DNA from: an uncultured virus (IMG/VR IMGVR_UViG_3300042549_010585)
Taxonomy: Duplodnaviria; Heunggongvirae; Uroviricota; Caudoviricetes
Reading direction: 5' to 3' (one strand)
IMG/VR virus record: IMGVR_UViG_3300042549_010585
Length of the DNA stretch: 20,000 bases
Positions 8,450-17,129 of this stretch are shown here, piece after piece. A program made the position numbers and the translations under genes. The notes under the pieces are model-generated. The model saw only the letters and a list, made by a program, of their open reading frames with translations. It was not told the DNA's origin and did no database searches. The stretch's first letter is position 1, and each line of letters opens with the position of its first letter.

Positions 8450-11400
8450 TTACGAAACTTTTAATCTTTCTGAAACACTACCTGAGTTAAATAATTTTCT
8501 CACCATAATATCAGATTCATTATCATTGGTAATTTTATAATATACAAACATTTCACTATCATGATCTGGGTTTTTACTCACAAAGAAACCTACAGACTGC
8601 CTATGAATGTCTACTTCTACAGCACCATCTTGATCCACAGCTAAATATCCTGAACTTACAAGAGTTTGAAGATATGGGTGTGCAGGATTATCAGAAGCTG
8701 TAAAATCTCTGTTTCCAGCAACTAAATAAATATTATTTACCATATATCGATCATAAAAATCTTTATATTGTATCTTTGCTACAAATATTTTTCCAGCACA
8801 CCAAAATGCACAATATGTTAGATCCAAAGGTTTATAATAGCACAATACCGGGCAATATACAGCAGTTTCATTTGAAGCAGTGCTAGAGAAACCCATGTCA
8901 ATAACTGCAAATGCAGTTGTTATTTCTTCGGCGCCAGATGTATAAACTTTGGCTGTAATCTGATTTGGAGTGCCCTCTAAAACATACGCCATAGTCAAAA
9001 ACCCATTTTTATCTATACTTATGCTAGGCCTTGTTTCAATAACTGTTGCTCCACTCAAATATTTTGTGTACTCCACATATTCGCCTGTAAAGTCTATAGT
9101 GGTAGCAATATCAGTCGGACCATCTACCAAATAATTATAACCTGGAGCCAATGTGCCATCAATACTTGCATCGTAGGGATTTAACACTCGGAGCATTAAA
9201 GCACCTGGGCTTACAATTCCAACTACATAAATATTTTTGTCCAAAGGCCAGAACCTAACATCTGGTTTGGTAATTTTAAATGTAATTTGTCTAAGTACAT
9301 TTGCAAAACTATCATCAGTAAGATTATAATTTGGTCCAATCCAGTAATCTAATGTACCCGCATCTGAATTCAAAGATAAATTTATTTTACTTCCATCAGT
9401 ATCTTGAGTTTCTGTAGCCAAACCTAATATATCTCCAATTTGGCCTGATTCATCTGCGCTTAGGTGAAATAGGATTGGATCTTCACCAGATAATATTTTT
9501 CTAGATCCATTAGATTGACCAGCTATTAACCCAGAATACATTGGTGTATTCATAGGATCATTTAATTTAATATATCTTATTGGAGTTGAAACATCTGAGC
9601 CATCCTCCTGAACGCCATTTGATACAATATGAGTACTTATTTCAAGTTCATCTTCGATTGCTTTAACTGTGTCTTCTGTAGCTATCGTAACTGAGTCATC
9701 TAATACAGTTCTTATCTTCAGTGCGGCTGGGAATGTAGAATTAAAAGCAAATCCGCCAATAACACTTACTTCTATTCCCTGTGGTAACTTAACAAACCAC
9801 GTTGGAGAATATAAAGCGCCCATGATCATAAATTCTTTGCCATTAGCAATTAATTGTGCCTTCAGGGTTTCTGCATCTGCGAAGAACCAAAATTGCTGCG
9901 AGTCTAAAGAACTACTAGGTACCAAATCTAAATCTTCATAGAATCTAGTAGATCCTGTAAACCCACCAGCATCAACTATATTTAATTTTGTCAGACCAGA
10001 TGTGCCAGGCGTTGCCGAAGTAACTGTTAAATAAAAATTTTTAATTCTTGTGCCAATTGGATTGCCATTTAGTGCAGCTCTAATGTTCGCAAGTTCTGCA
10101 TCTGTTAAAATTTGATTATTTGATGATCTTGGATATGCAATGATTCTAAAAATAAGCTGTGTATCAGTACCTGTTATAAAATATGGCTGATTAATTGTTG
10201 CAGAATATGATAAATAAGCTAGATTCGCATTAGATGCATGGCTAGGTGTGAGATAAGGAGATGTAAATACTCTTTCGGTTACTATGCCATATCTATCAAC
10301 AAAAAATGCCATCAATTTATATGTTGCCGGAATTCTTAAGCTGTCTAAATTATAATCAAGTTGAAAACTTACATTCCAAGTGCTTGCATTTACTCTTCCG
10401 TCTTGAAATGTAGAACTATTAGTGGAGAACTCTGCATAGTAACTCACTGATTTGTCATCAAAAAGTGACCATGATGGATACTCAAGACACAAAAGTGGTT
10501 CTGGGGGCGCATAATTACCTGGCCCACTTTCGAGTGACAGTAATCCAACACGAGAGTCTCCTGTTGGATTAATATTAGAATCTATAAGAGTAAACTTATT
10601 ATTATATGGGATATAACTTGAGCCAATACCTATGACTCCTCCCTCGTAATAATTTCTCGTAATTCTTAAAGAGTTTGAGGCATCTGTATTAAAATGAACA
10701 TAATTTGTTCTGTTAAATAAATAATATCTTGATGCACTCAGAGAATCAGGTGTATTTTGTAATATACTTGTTTCCAAGCTGGTAGTAACAGGATCTAATT
10801 CTAGCTCTATGGTTGGAGGGTTCAGGTTTTGTGCAAAATTATTTGCACTTGTTGCATTCTGTGGGTATGAGAAAGTATAGACACCAACTACTACTTTAGT
10901 CGTTGGTGAAGCAAAAATACTTTGATAAATATTGTTTACAGATTCTCCTATCAAACCATCTGCAAATCTCAAGATTTCATAACTATTTAAATCCTGAGTC
11001 AGTGGTGGAGAAACAATCAAATTTTCTAAACTAGAAGGCGATCCTATGCTTAATTTTATGGATGGCTTTGGATCACTTATATTGGTTGGATCAGTATCAT
11101 ATTTTTCAAAAATTATTTCTGTATTAGAGTTCCTATATTGATGAGGATTATTATAATTTATAACTTCTTCGCCAGGGTGGAACCAAAATCTTAAAAATAT
11201 ATGTGTATTAGTTTGATTGCTTGAGTCATTAGATCTTGCTTTAAAATTAAATTTCCATTGGCCTTTTCTAAACAAAATGCTAGAACCAAGCAAATCATCA
11301 GTCAAATCAACTGTAAAGTAAGCTAAAGGATCTAAGCTCAAAGGATCAAAGTTAAAAGGATCTTCATTTTCAAGCAAAGAAACACTTCTAACTAAATTAG

Positions 11401-13114
11401 TAATTTCTGCATTAGACACCCCCGTGGTTTCTAATAACAAAGATGACTTTTCAGAATATATTTGACCTTTAAAAGCAGATGAAAATTCTGTAACAGCCGT
11501 GTTTAAGTCTGTTTGCCCAATTCTATACCAAGAGTTGACATTGCCAGAAGAATCATAATATAGCCATGGAGCTATAAAAGCATCGCCTAGATTGGGAGGA
11601 TTAGATGTATTTTCTAAAAAATATAAATCTTGCCAACTTGATGTAGCTGTAGGTTCAGTTGTAGAATTAATTTTTTGTATTAAAATACTTGAGTTTGTGT
11701 TTAAATTAATATTATTAATTCTTACAAGCCTACCGCCAATCGAACTTCCCGAAATTGGAGTTCCTGTAAGATAATAAATAACAGATTTTTTGCCTAAAGT
11801 CGGTCCAACAAATACAACCCAATAATCATTTGCGCTAATCGAACCACCTAATGTAATTCCATTAAATGAATAAATTGGAAAACTGGGTACAAAAAATCTT
11901 AAATCTATAGCGTGTGCAAATCCTCTAGCCTTGATTGTATCTTCTGGATGGAATGCTTTGACATAAAATGTTGGATTGTTGTTGTCATTTGGATAATAAT
12001 CATTGAATCCAGGAATTGATTTTCCACAATTAATATTAAATGCATAAGCAAGTATTCTGCAGGGTAATTGAGTGTTGCTAATATTGACACGGGGATTTGA
12101 TAAAACACGAAACAACATAACTTTCTTTAATGAAAATTTTATTGATGGCCCGTCTACATAAAAAGCTTGTATTCTAAGTTTGCTTATGTCCCTAAAGTCA
12201 CTAGAGCCATAATCAAAATGTACGGTTATAGTTTTTGTTGTTGAGTCACTATCAGAATTGCCATTATAATATCCTGTTGCTAGTATAGGAGTTGTATTTA
12301 TGGTAATATTTACTACTGTATTTTCTGGCTGTTGTGATTTGAATTTAATTGTATTATTTAAATAATTAGCACTGTATAAATCGGGCGAAATTGCAATAAA
12401 ATCCTCATCAGGTAAAGCTCTGTAAACCTGAATAGTATCTTCTTGATCCCAATTAACAGAACTTGTGTAAGTAGTTCTGTCTGTTGTGGTGGTAGAAGCA
12501 TTCAAAACAGATGATGGAAATGAAGTTGCGGTATCTTCTGTGTCAGTGCTTTGATATAATTTTATTTTACCAAATATATATTTGGCCCAATCTATGTTTA
12601 CATTATTGCTTGCACCAGTCTGATAAGCCAATAAATTATTATAATCATCAGCCGCCCCATACACTGCAGATTCATTTAATATAGTAAGTAAGTTTGGATC
12701 ATTTATATTTACAAGCAATGAATATTCAAAAGTTATTGCACTTAAATTTGTAGCTATAGTGGAAAAATCAGCTTGCCACCAATAAGTATTACTTTTGATC
12801 CAAAATATTTTATCTGGTACGGGTGGAACTAAAGGGGTTGGATTTTGCTTCCTTCTAAATGCAATATTGACAGGCCATTCTGGCTTGCCATAATAACTTA
12901 CTCCAGTCCCAGAATTATTAGACGGTATTAGAGTGTAGTTTGTTGAAACAGAAGAGCTAATAAAATAATCATTCCTGAAAGAGCCTCTTTCATGAACCAG
13001 GTCTAACCAACCCAATCCTGCGGTAGATCCAGCAGTTGGAATATAAGATGGTACCCAATTGTATTTACCTGAATAGGGTTTTTTATCAGGATTAACATAA
13101 CCGTCGTCAGGCAT
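8450..13114 (-). CDS. Large beta-rich virion structural protein, probably baseplate/tail (1554 aa)
   Basis: Long ORF rich in S/T/N/Y/F. It contains a phage-structural-type module (NWDQEDTIQVYR...DLYSANYLNNTIKFKSQQPENTVVNITI) and propeller-like C-terminal blades (RPSISIDKNGFLTMAY; CPVLCYYKPLDLTYCAFW). ATG lies 6 nt after the upstream TGA with no SD, suggesting coupling. Confidence 0.6.
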   Translation of the reverse strand: MPDDGYVNPDKKPYSGKYNWVPSYIPTAGSTAGLGWLDLVHERGSFRNDYFISSSVSTNYTLIPSNNSGTGVSYYGKPEWPVNIAFRRKQNPTPLVPPVPDKIFWIKSNTYWWQADFSTIATNLSAITFEYSLLVNINDPNLLTILNESAVYGAADDYNNLLAYQTGASNNVNIDWAKYIFGKIKLYQSTDTEDTATSFPSSVLNASTTTTDRTTYTSSVNWDQEDTIQVYRALPDEDFIAISPDLYSANYLNNTIKFKSQQPENTVVNITINTTPILATGYYNGNSDSDSTTKTITVHFDYGSSDFRDISKLRIQAFYVDGPSIKFSLKKVMLFRVLSNPRVNISNTQLPCRILAYAFNINCGKSIPGFNDYYPNDNNNPTFYVKAFHPEDTIKARGFAHAIDLRFFVPSFPIYSFNGITLGGSISANDYWVVFVGPTLGKKSVIYYLTGTPISGSSIGGRLVRINNINLNTNSSILIQKINSTTEPTATSSWQDLYFLENTSNPPNLGDAFIAPWLYYDSSGNVNSWYRIGQTDLNTAVTEFSSAFKGQIYSEKSSLLLETTGVSNAEITNLVRSVSLLENEDPFNFDPLSLDPLAYFTVDLTDDLLGSSILFRKGQWKFNFKARSNDSSNQTNTHIFLRFWFHPGEEVINYNNPHQYRNSNTEIIFEKYDTDPTNISDPKPSIKLSIGSPSSLENLIVSPPLTQDLNSYEILRFADGLIGESVNNIYQSIFASPTTKVVVGVYTFSYPQNATSANNFAQNLNPPTIELELDPVTTSLETSILQNTPDSLSASRYYLFNRTNYVHFNTDASNSLRITRNYYEGGVIGIGSSYIPYNNKFTLIDSNINPTGDSRVGLLSLESGPGNYAPPEPLLCLEYPSWSLFDDKSVSYYAEFSTNSSTFQDGRVNASTWNVSFQLDYNLDSLRIPATYKLMAFFVDRYGIVTERVFTSPYLTPSHASNANLAYLSYSATINQPYFITGTDTQLIFRIIAYPRSSNNQILTDAELANIRAALNGNPIGTRIKNFYLTVTSATPGTSGLTKLNIVDAGGFTGSTRFYEDLDLVPSSSLDSQQFWFFADAETLKAQLIANGKEFMIMGALYSPTWFVKLPQGIEVSVIGGFAFNSTFPAALKIRTVLDDSVTIATEDTVKAIEDELEISTHIVSNGVQEDGSDVSTPIRYIKLNDPMNTPMYSGLIAGQSNGSRKILSGEDPILFHLSADESGQIGDILGLATETQDTDGSKINLSLNSDAGTLDYWIGPNYNLTDDSFANVLRQITFKITKPDVRFWPLDKNIYVVGIVSPGALMLRVLNPYDASIDGTLAPGYNYLVDGPTDIATTIDFTGEYVEYTKYLSGATVIETRPSISIDKNGFLTMAYVLEGTPNQITAKVYTSGAEEITTAFAVIDMGFSSTASNETAVYCPVLCYYKPLDLTYCAFWCAGKIFVAKIQYKDFYDRYMVNNIYLVAGNRDFTASDNPAHPYLQTLVSSGYLAVDQDGAVEVDIHRQSVGFFVSKNPDHDSEMFVYYKITNDNESDIMVRKLFNSGSVSERLKVS

Positions 13115-13120
13115 TTTTTA

Positions 13121-16100
13121 TCAGCTATTCAACATGTCTATATACATGTCTTCAATCATCCTTCTGTAAATTATTCTCATCTTCTGCTCATGGTCTAATT
13201 GCATCTGTTTAAATTCATACTTAAGTTCTCGTTCAATTCGTTGCCTTAATAAGAATTCGTCTATTTCCTGGCCACCAGCAACAGTTTGATTATTCTGAAT
13301 CATTTGAATAATTCTCGTTGCATCAATGATAATTTCTTCTTTATCTTTTCCGCTATCAACCAACGATCTTACAACTTGTGAAATAGGATCGTTTGGAGAT
13401 TGCGTTGTTGAGGCTTGAGGATTGGTTGTAAGAACATCAATTAACTGTCTTTGGATCTGCTCTTCTGATCTTCTTAAGGCAGCTTTATTTTGCTCTCTTT
13501 CTTCAGATAATGCTTCTTGGAATCTTTCTCTTTCTTTTACCAGTTCCCTATAGAACATAGTTTCACTATCTGCACTTAATTCCGAAGCTTGATTTTCAGC
13601 GTTTTCTTTGATAATGATATTTTCTTCAAGTGCTTTATTTAATTGCTGCTGAATATCATGCTCTGCCTTTCTCAAAGCAATTTTATTCTGTTCCTGTTCT
13701 GAAATTGTTAAGTTCTGGAATCTATCTCTTTCCCCTACCAGCCCTCTGTATATATTTGACTCTTCGTCGCTAGGCAAAGACTCGATAGGTGGATCATTTG
13801 ATGTTTGTAAAAATTTTGGTTCTAGACTTGAGCCAACTGGCAAATACCTTAGATTTCTTCTTTTTCTTCTACGCTTTCTTAGATCTTCTTGATAATCTTC
13901 ATCTAGCGCTTCTCTTACACCCGTAATTCTTGGGTATCTATTGATAACATTATCTTCATCACCAAATTGATAATCGTCTGGTTGTAAGCCGTCTTCATTT
14001 AAATCTTCAAATTTTGAGTTTTGTAATTGTTCTTGTTGATCTGGTATTGTATATTCTGGAATAGAAACTGTTTTTTCATTATTACCAAAGACTTTATTTA
14101 AAGTTAAAGACACTTTTTGCTTTAAATTATTTGATTCTTCAAATTGTCTTTGAGCTTGTTCTTGGCTTCTATTAACTGGTCTATCTTGTTTGTTTCTAGT
14201 GAATAACTTAGCAAATCCTCTGGGCTCTGATTTATCCTGTATAGGCTGGCCACCTGATAAAACATTACCCGATAAAACAGAGTTTGATACAGAATCATCT
14301 TGTTGACTTTGTGTTATTGAATCTTTTTGAACCTGAATTTCTTGTTTTACATTTATTACTCGTGATTTAGATTCTTCATCAAGTTTTTTAAATTCATCTG
14401 AATTTAAAAATTCTTCCAAAAGCTCTTCGTTAGATATAGTTCTAGAGCCTTTGTATTCATAGAAATCATTAGGCATGTCTGTGTCTAAATTAAATTTAGA
14501 TGTATCAGTTGTACCTCCAGCAGAATATGTATTACCTACTTGAACATAATCTAATTGTCCATTCTGTTGGTCTGCTTTGCCAATTATATCATTTGATAAA
14601 TATTGATTGCTATCAGAGTTAGATGTATTTTGCTGCCCCATTGATGAACTTAAAACTCTAGACGTAGCAATTCCTTGAGTTATAAAATCATCACTTGCTG
14701 GTACATCTTCATTGTATATACCATCTGTACCTCTGTTTGATACATTTGAATTAATTGCATTGTCTGCTGAACTACCATCGTCCGACCCAACTGTTCTAGT
14801 TTGATAAACTCTAACACCATTATCTGATGGAATCTGCTCACCGGATGGCTGTACGGGCAAAACTGTTTGTGCTGCTGTTTGTACTGCTGTTTGTACTGCT
14901 GTTTTATTATCGACCTGAGTCGTATTTGAACCATCTGGACCTACAGACTGATAAATAGCGCCTGTTTGAGATTGATTTTTAACTTGATTATTTTCAATTA
15001 ATTCTGATGGACTAGATCCCAAATTATTATTTAAATTAGTTTCTGAAACTTGCTGGTATTCATCAGCCTGATTTTTATTTAAACTTTGAGAATCTACTCC
15101 AGAATTAAATATAGTCGAATCTGTAAGTTTTTGATTTTCAGAAAAAACTCCACCATCGGATTCTGCAAAACTATTATTTTTGCTTTCGCCTGACAAGTTT
15201 GATTCTTGAAGTTTGCCAGGCGAGCTTGATTGTTGATCAAAATTTTCAAATGCTGCATTGCCACTTGATAAATTCCCTGGTTGATCTAATCTGCTAACCG
15301 AGATTGCTTCTGGCAATTTTTGATATTCTGCACTTTGACCTGATGCATTACCAAATTGAATATTTTCATTTTCAATAATACCCGAAGATTCACTATCTCG
15401 GAGTGGAGTATTAGTGCTAAATGTTTCCACAGATCCATTCAAAGGTCTATTTTGTGTTATTGGCAATCCATTTTGATCTAACTCAAATGATTGACTTATA
15501 ATAACTCCATCTGGAGTATAACCAAGTGGAGCATTTTGGCTTATAGGCCGACCATCTTGTGATAACCCAAATGGCGTAGAATTGGGAAGTTCTGCATTTC
15601 TGCTTGTAGATTCTTGGCTGTTTGATAAAGAATTATTAAAGCTTGTGCCTTGGTCGTTTACTGAATTATTATTTATAAAATTTTGGTTAGAACTAAAGCC
15701 CTCGTTTGTATCTGGCAAGGGTTTGTTTCCAGAAACATTTGAAAATTCTTGATCTGATCCAGCCAGTGTTCTAAACCTGGTAACTTCGGGGCCTGTATCT
15801 TGATCTTGATTAAAATTTCTACTTTCAAGTGCTGGTGTATTATCAAACACCACTGACTTTTGGCCATTTATTTGATCTACTGTGAGGAATGATCTCTGGT
15901 TTTCTAGAGGTTTATTTTCACTCTTTGGCAAATCTGCAGACACACTCGTGTCTGCTTTTCCTAAATTAGCTTTATTGTCCTCTGTGACTAATTTAACTTG
16001 GTCTGGTAAAGCTGCATTACCAGTTGTTTCAATTGGCTCTGTATTAGATTGAGGAAGTTTCTGGAATGTAGAATCTGATTCTATGTTATCTGAAGCTATT

Positions 16101-16366
16101 GATAAAGCGGAAGGCTTAACAACTGCCTTGAAGGGAGTGAGTGTAGTTCCACCGCTTGTTAATTCTACACTATATGTGCCTTTCTTAAGCTTTACTAAAC
16201 CTAAAGGCAATGACCCATCAGAACTTACGTTCCCAGAAAATGTTTCAACTAATGTTCCATCTCTGTAAAATTTAGCCGAGAATGAATCACCTAGCTGAGT
16301 TAAATCTTCTCCAGTAAGTACTACGCTTGAGCCTTCTGTAAACTCAACATCTGGAGAACGCTGCAA
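13121..16366 (-). CDS. Low-complexity S/N/Q/D/E-rich protein with an N-terminal Ig-like domain and C-terminal coiled coils; probably the -1-frame continuation of the 217-aa ORF
   Basis: 1081 codons from a TTG with no usable SD. The frame stays open upstream to a TAA at 16492-16490 and overlaps the end of the 217-aa ORF. The true start is uncertain (see frameshift finding). Confidence 0.85.
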   Translation of the reverse strand: MQRSPDVEFTEGSSVVLTGEDLTQLGDSFSAKFYRDGTLVETFSGNVSSDGSLPLGLVKLKKGTYSVELTSGGTTLTPFKAVVKPSALSIASDNIESDSTFQKLPQSNTEPIETTGNAALPDQVKLVTEDNKANLGKADTSVSADLPKSENKPLENQRSFLTVDQINGQKSVVFDNTPALESRNFNQDQDTGPEVTRFRTLAGSDQEFSNVSGNKPLPDTNEGFSSNQNFINNNSVNDQGTSFNNSLSNSQESTSRNAELPNSTPFGLSQDGRPISQNAPLGYTPDGVIISQSFELDQNGLPITQNRPLNGSVETFSTNTPLRDSESSGIIENENIQFGNASGQSAEYQKLPEAISVSRLDQPGNLSSGNAAFENFDQQSSSPGKLQESNLSGESKNNSFAESDGGVFSENQKLTDSTIFNSGVDSQSLNKNQADEYQQVSETNLNNNLGSSPSELIENNQVKNQSQTGAIYQSVGPDGSNTTQVDNKTAVQTAVQTAAQTVLPVQPSGEQIPSDNGVRVYQTRTVGSDDGSSADNAINSNVSNRGTDGIYNEDVPASDDFITQGIATSRVLSSSMGQQNTSNSDSNQYLSNDIIGKADQQNGQLDYVQVGNTYSAGGTTDTSKFNLDTDMPNDFYEYKGSRTISNEELLEEFLNSDEFKKLDEESKSRVINVKQEIQVQKDSITQSQQDDSVSNSVLSGNVLSGGQPIQDKSEPRGFAKLFTRNKQDRPVNRSQEQAQRQFEESNNLKQKVSLTLNKVFGNNEKTVSIPEYTIPDQQEQLQNSKFEDLNEDGLQPDDYQFGDEDNVINRYPRITGVREALDEDYQEDLRKRRRKRRNLRYLPVGSSLEPKFLQTSNDPPIESLPSDEESNIYRGLVGERDRFQNLTISEQEQNKIALRKAEHDIQQQLNKALEENIIIKENAENQASELSADSETMFYRELVKERERFQEALSEEREQNKAALRRSEEQIQRQLIDVLTTNPQASTTQSPNDPISQVVRSLVDSGKDKEEIIIDATRIIQMIQNNQTVAGGQEIDEFLLRQRIERELKYEFKQMQLDHEQKMRIIYRRMIEDMYIDMLNS
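13442..13750 (-). repeat. Internal duplication of a 37-aa coiled-coil segment (66-aa spacing)
   Basis: YRGLVGERDRFQNLTISEQEQNKIALRKAEHDIQQQL (~13750-13640) versus YRELVKERERFQEALSEEREQNKAALRRSEEQIQRQL (~13552-13442). Confidence 0.85.
14863..14904. repeat. 12-bp tandem repeat, ~3.5 copies, encoding TAVQ-TAVQ-TAAQ-T
   Basis: The + strand reads ctgtttgtgctg ctgtttgtactg ctgtttgtactg ctgttt. Confidence 0.9.
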
Positions 16367-16368
16367 TT

Positions 16369-16420
16369 TCTGAACAATTTGCTCTTTTTCAGAATTGTTC
16401 AGATTGTAATCTTTTTTTTT
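16369..16420 (-). promoter_or_regulatory. Candidate programmed -1 frameshift signal: A9G slippery run plus 3' stem-loop
   Basis: The minus strand reads GTA AAA AAA AAG ATTACAA TCTGAACAATT CTGAAAAAGAGCA AATTGTTCAGA. Heptamer A_AAA_AAG at 16417-16411, 7-nt spacer, perfect 11-bp stem (16403-16393 with 16379-16369), 13-nt loop. Confidence 0.7.
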
Positions 16421-17052
16421 ACCCCATTTTGGGTTTTTCGCATTGAATCTGGTATATAAAGCCTCGGAGCTTCTTTGATACGATCGTAATTATAATTACT
16501 ATTATTATTTTTTGGAGCTTTTGCAGCAAGCTTTTTACTAAGAGCAATTTCTTGTGGAATTTCTTTGCCTTGTTTTTGCAACAAGCTCATAATTCCAGGG
16601 TTTGCAGGAACAAAATCTTGCATGATTTCAGATTCGTAATCATGATATAAGGTTTCACTAGAACTTGCTTTATTTGCATAAACTTCTGTAAATGTTGATA
16701 ACTTATCTTGCGGCTTAGGGTAAACAATACCAGAATCCTGTTGCTCCTCCTCATCTTTGAAAAGAGGAAATTCAGGTCGTTCTTTGCTAGTTAGTACAGG
16801 TATATTGTCTTTTGTAGTTGGTACATATCTTCTAGTGATACGCATTGGCGTTCTTGCCAATGGAGTATCTGGTAATTCTAAACTTTGATCATCAACAGTA
16901 TACATATTTACCGGTAGAGGCCTAGCATGCATAGCCGACCCTGTAGCCACTGGTTCGTAAGCATCAGTGAGGCCAGCCTCTAAATGCGAAGCATCTACAT
17001 ATTCGGATTCATCTGGTCTGATAATTGATGATAAAGATATCTTTTTTGCCAT
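16399..17052 (-). CDS. Hypothetical P/E/S-rich protein (217 aa); zero-frame product of the putative frameshifted gene
   Basis: ATG at 17052 with no clear SD. It ends ...NGVKKKITI-TGA, three codons after the slippery site. Confidence 0.85.
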   Translation of the reverse strand: MAKKISLSSIIRPDESEYVDASHLEAGLTDAYEPVATGSAMHARPLPVNMYTVDDQSLELPDTPLARTPMRITRRYVPTTKDNIPVLTSKERPEFPLFKDEEEQQDSGIVYPKPQDKLSTFTEVYANKASSSETLYHDYESEIMQDFVPANPGIMSLLQKQGKEIPQEIALSKKLAAKAPKNNNSNYNYDRIKEAPRLYIPDSMRKTQNGVKKKITI

Positions 17053-17067
17053 TTAATTCACGTTAAA

Positions 17068-17104
17068 ATAATTTGAACCACTATTAGGTAGTGGTTCAAA
17101 TTAT
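17068..17104. terminator. Perfect 16-bp inverted repeat (terminator-, operator- or processing-site-like hairpin)
   Basis: ataatttgaaccacta (17068-17083), ttagg, tagtggttcaaattat (17089-17104). On the minus strand the 3' arm ends ...AAATTATTTT. It is intergenic, 10 nt after the stop of the 710-aa gene. The repeat is certain; the terminator function is inferred. Confidence 0.6.
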
Positions 17105-17129
17105 ACAGTTAAATCTAATTCTTTTTGAA
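17100..17129 (-). promoter_or_regulatory. Candidate sigma70-type promoter for the 217-aa/frameshift gene
   Basis: TTCAAA (17129-17124), 18-nt spacer, TATAAT (17105-17100). The -10 box is perfect and the -35 box matches 4/6. The AT-rich background lowers significance. Confidence 0.4.

Noticed and set aside
14863..14904. Tandem repeat as a CRISPR array or phase-variation tract
   Set aside because: The 12-bp units have no spacers, and the unit length is a multiple of three, so copy-number changes keep the frame.
3286..15867. Alternative-frame minus-strand ORFs (3286-3504, 4502-4699, 11905-12108, 14680-14934, 15673-15867)
   Set aside because: They overlap better-supported genes and have the L/Q/I/M-rich composition typical of off-frame translations. 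4502-4699 loses to 4509-4730, which has an ATG and SD.
16364..16378. Independent TTG (16366) or ATT (16378) start for the 1081-aa ORF
   Set aside because: The only SD-like sequence (AAGAG) is badly spaced for both codons and lies within the hairpin. This is not excluded, but the frameshift explains the layout better.
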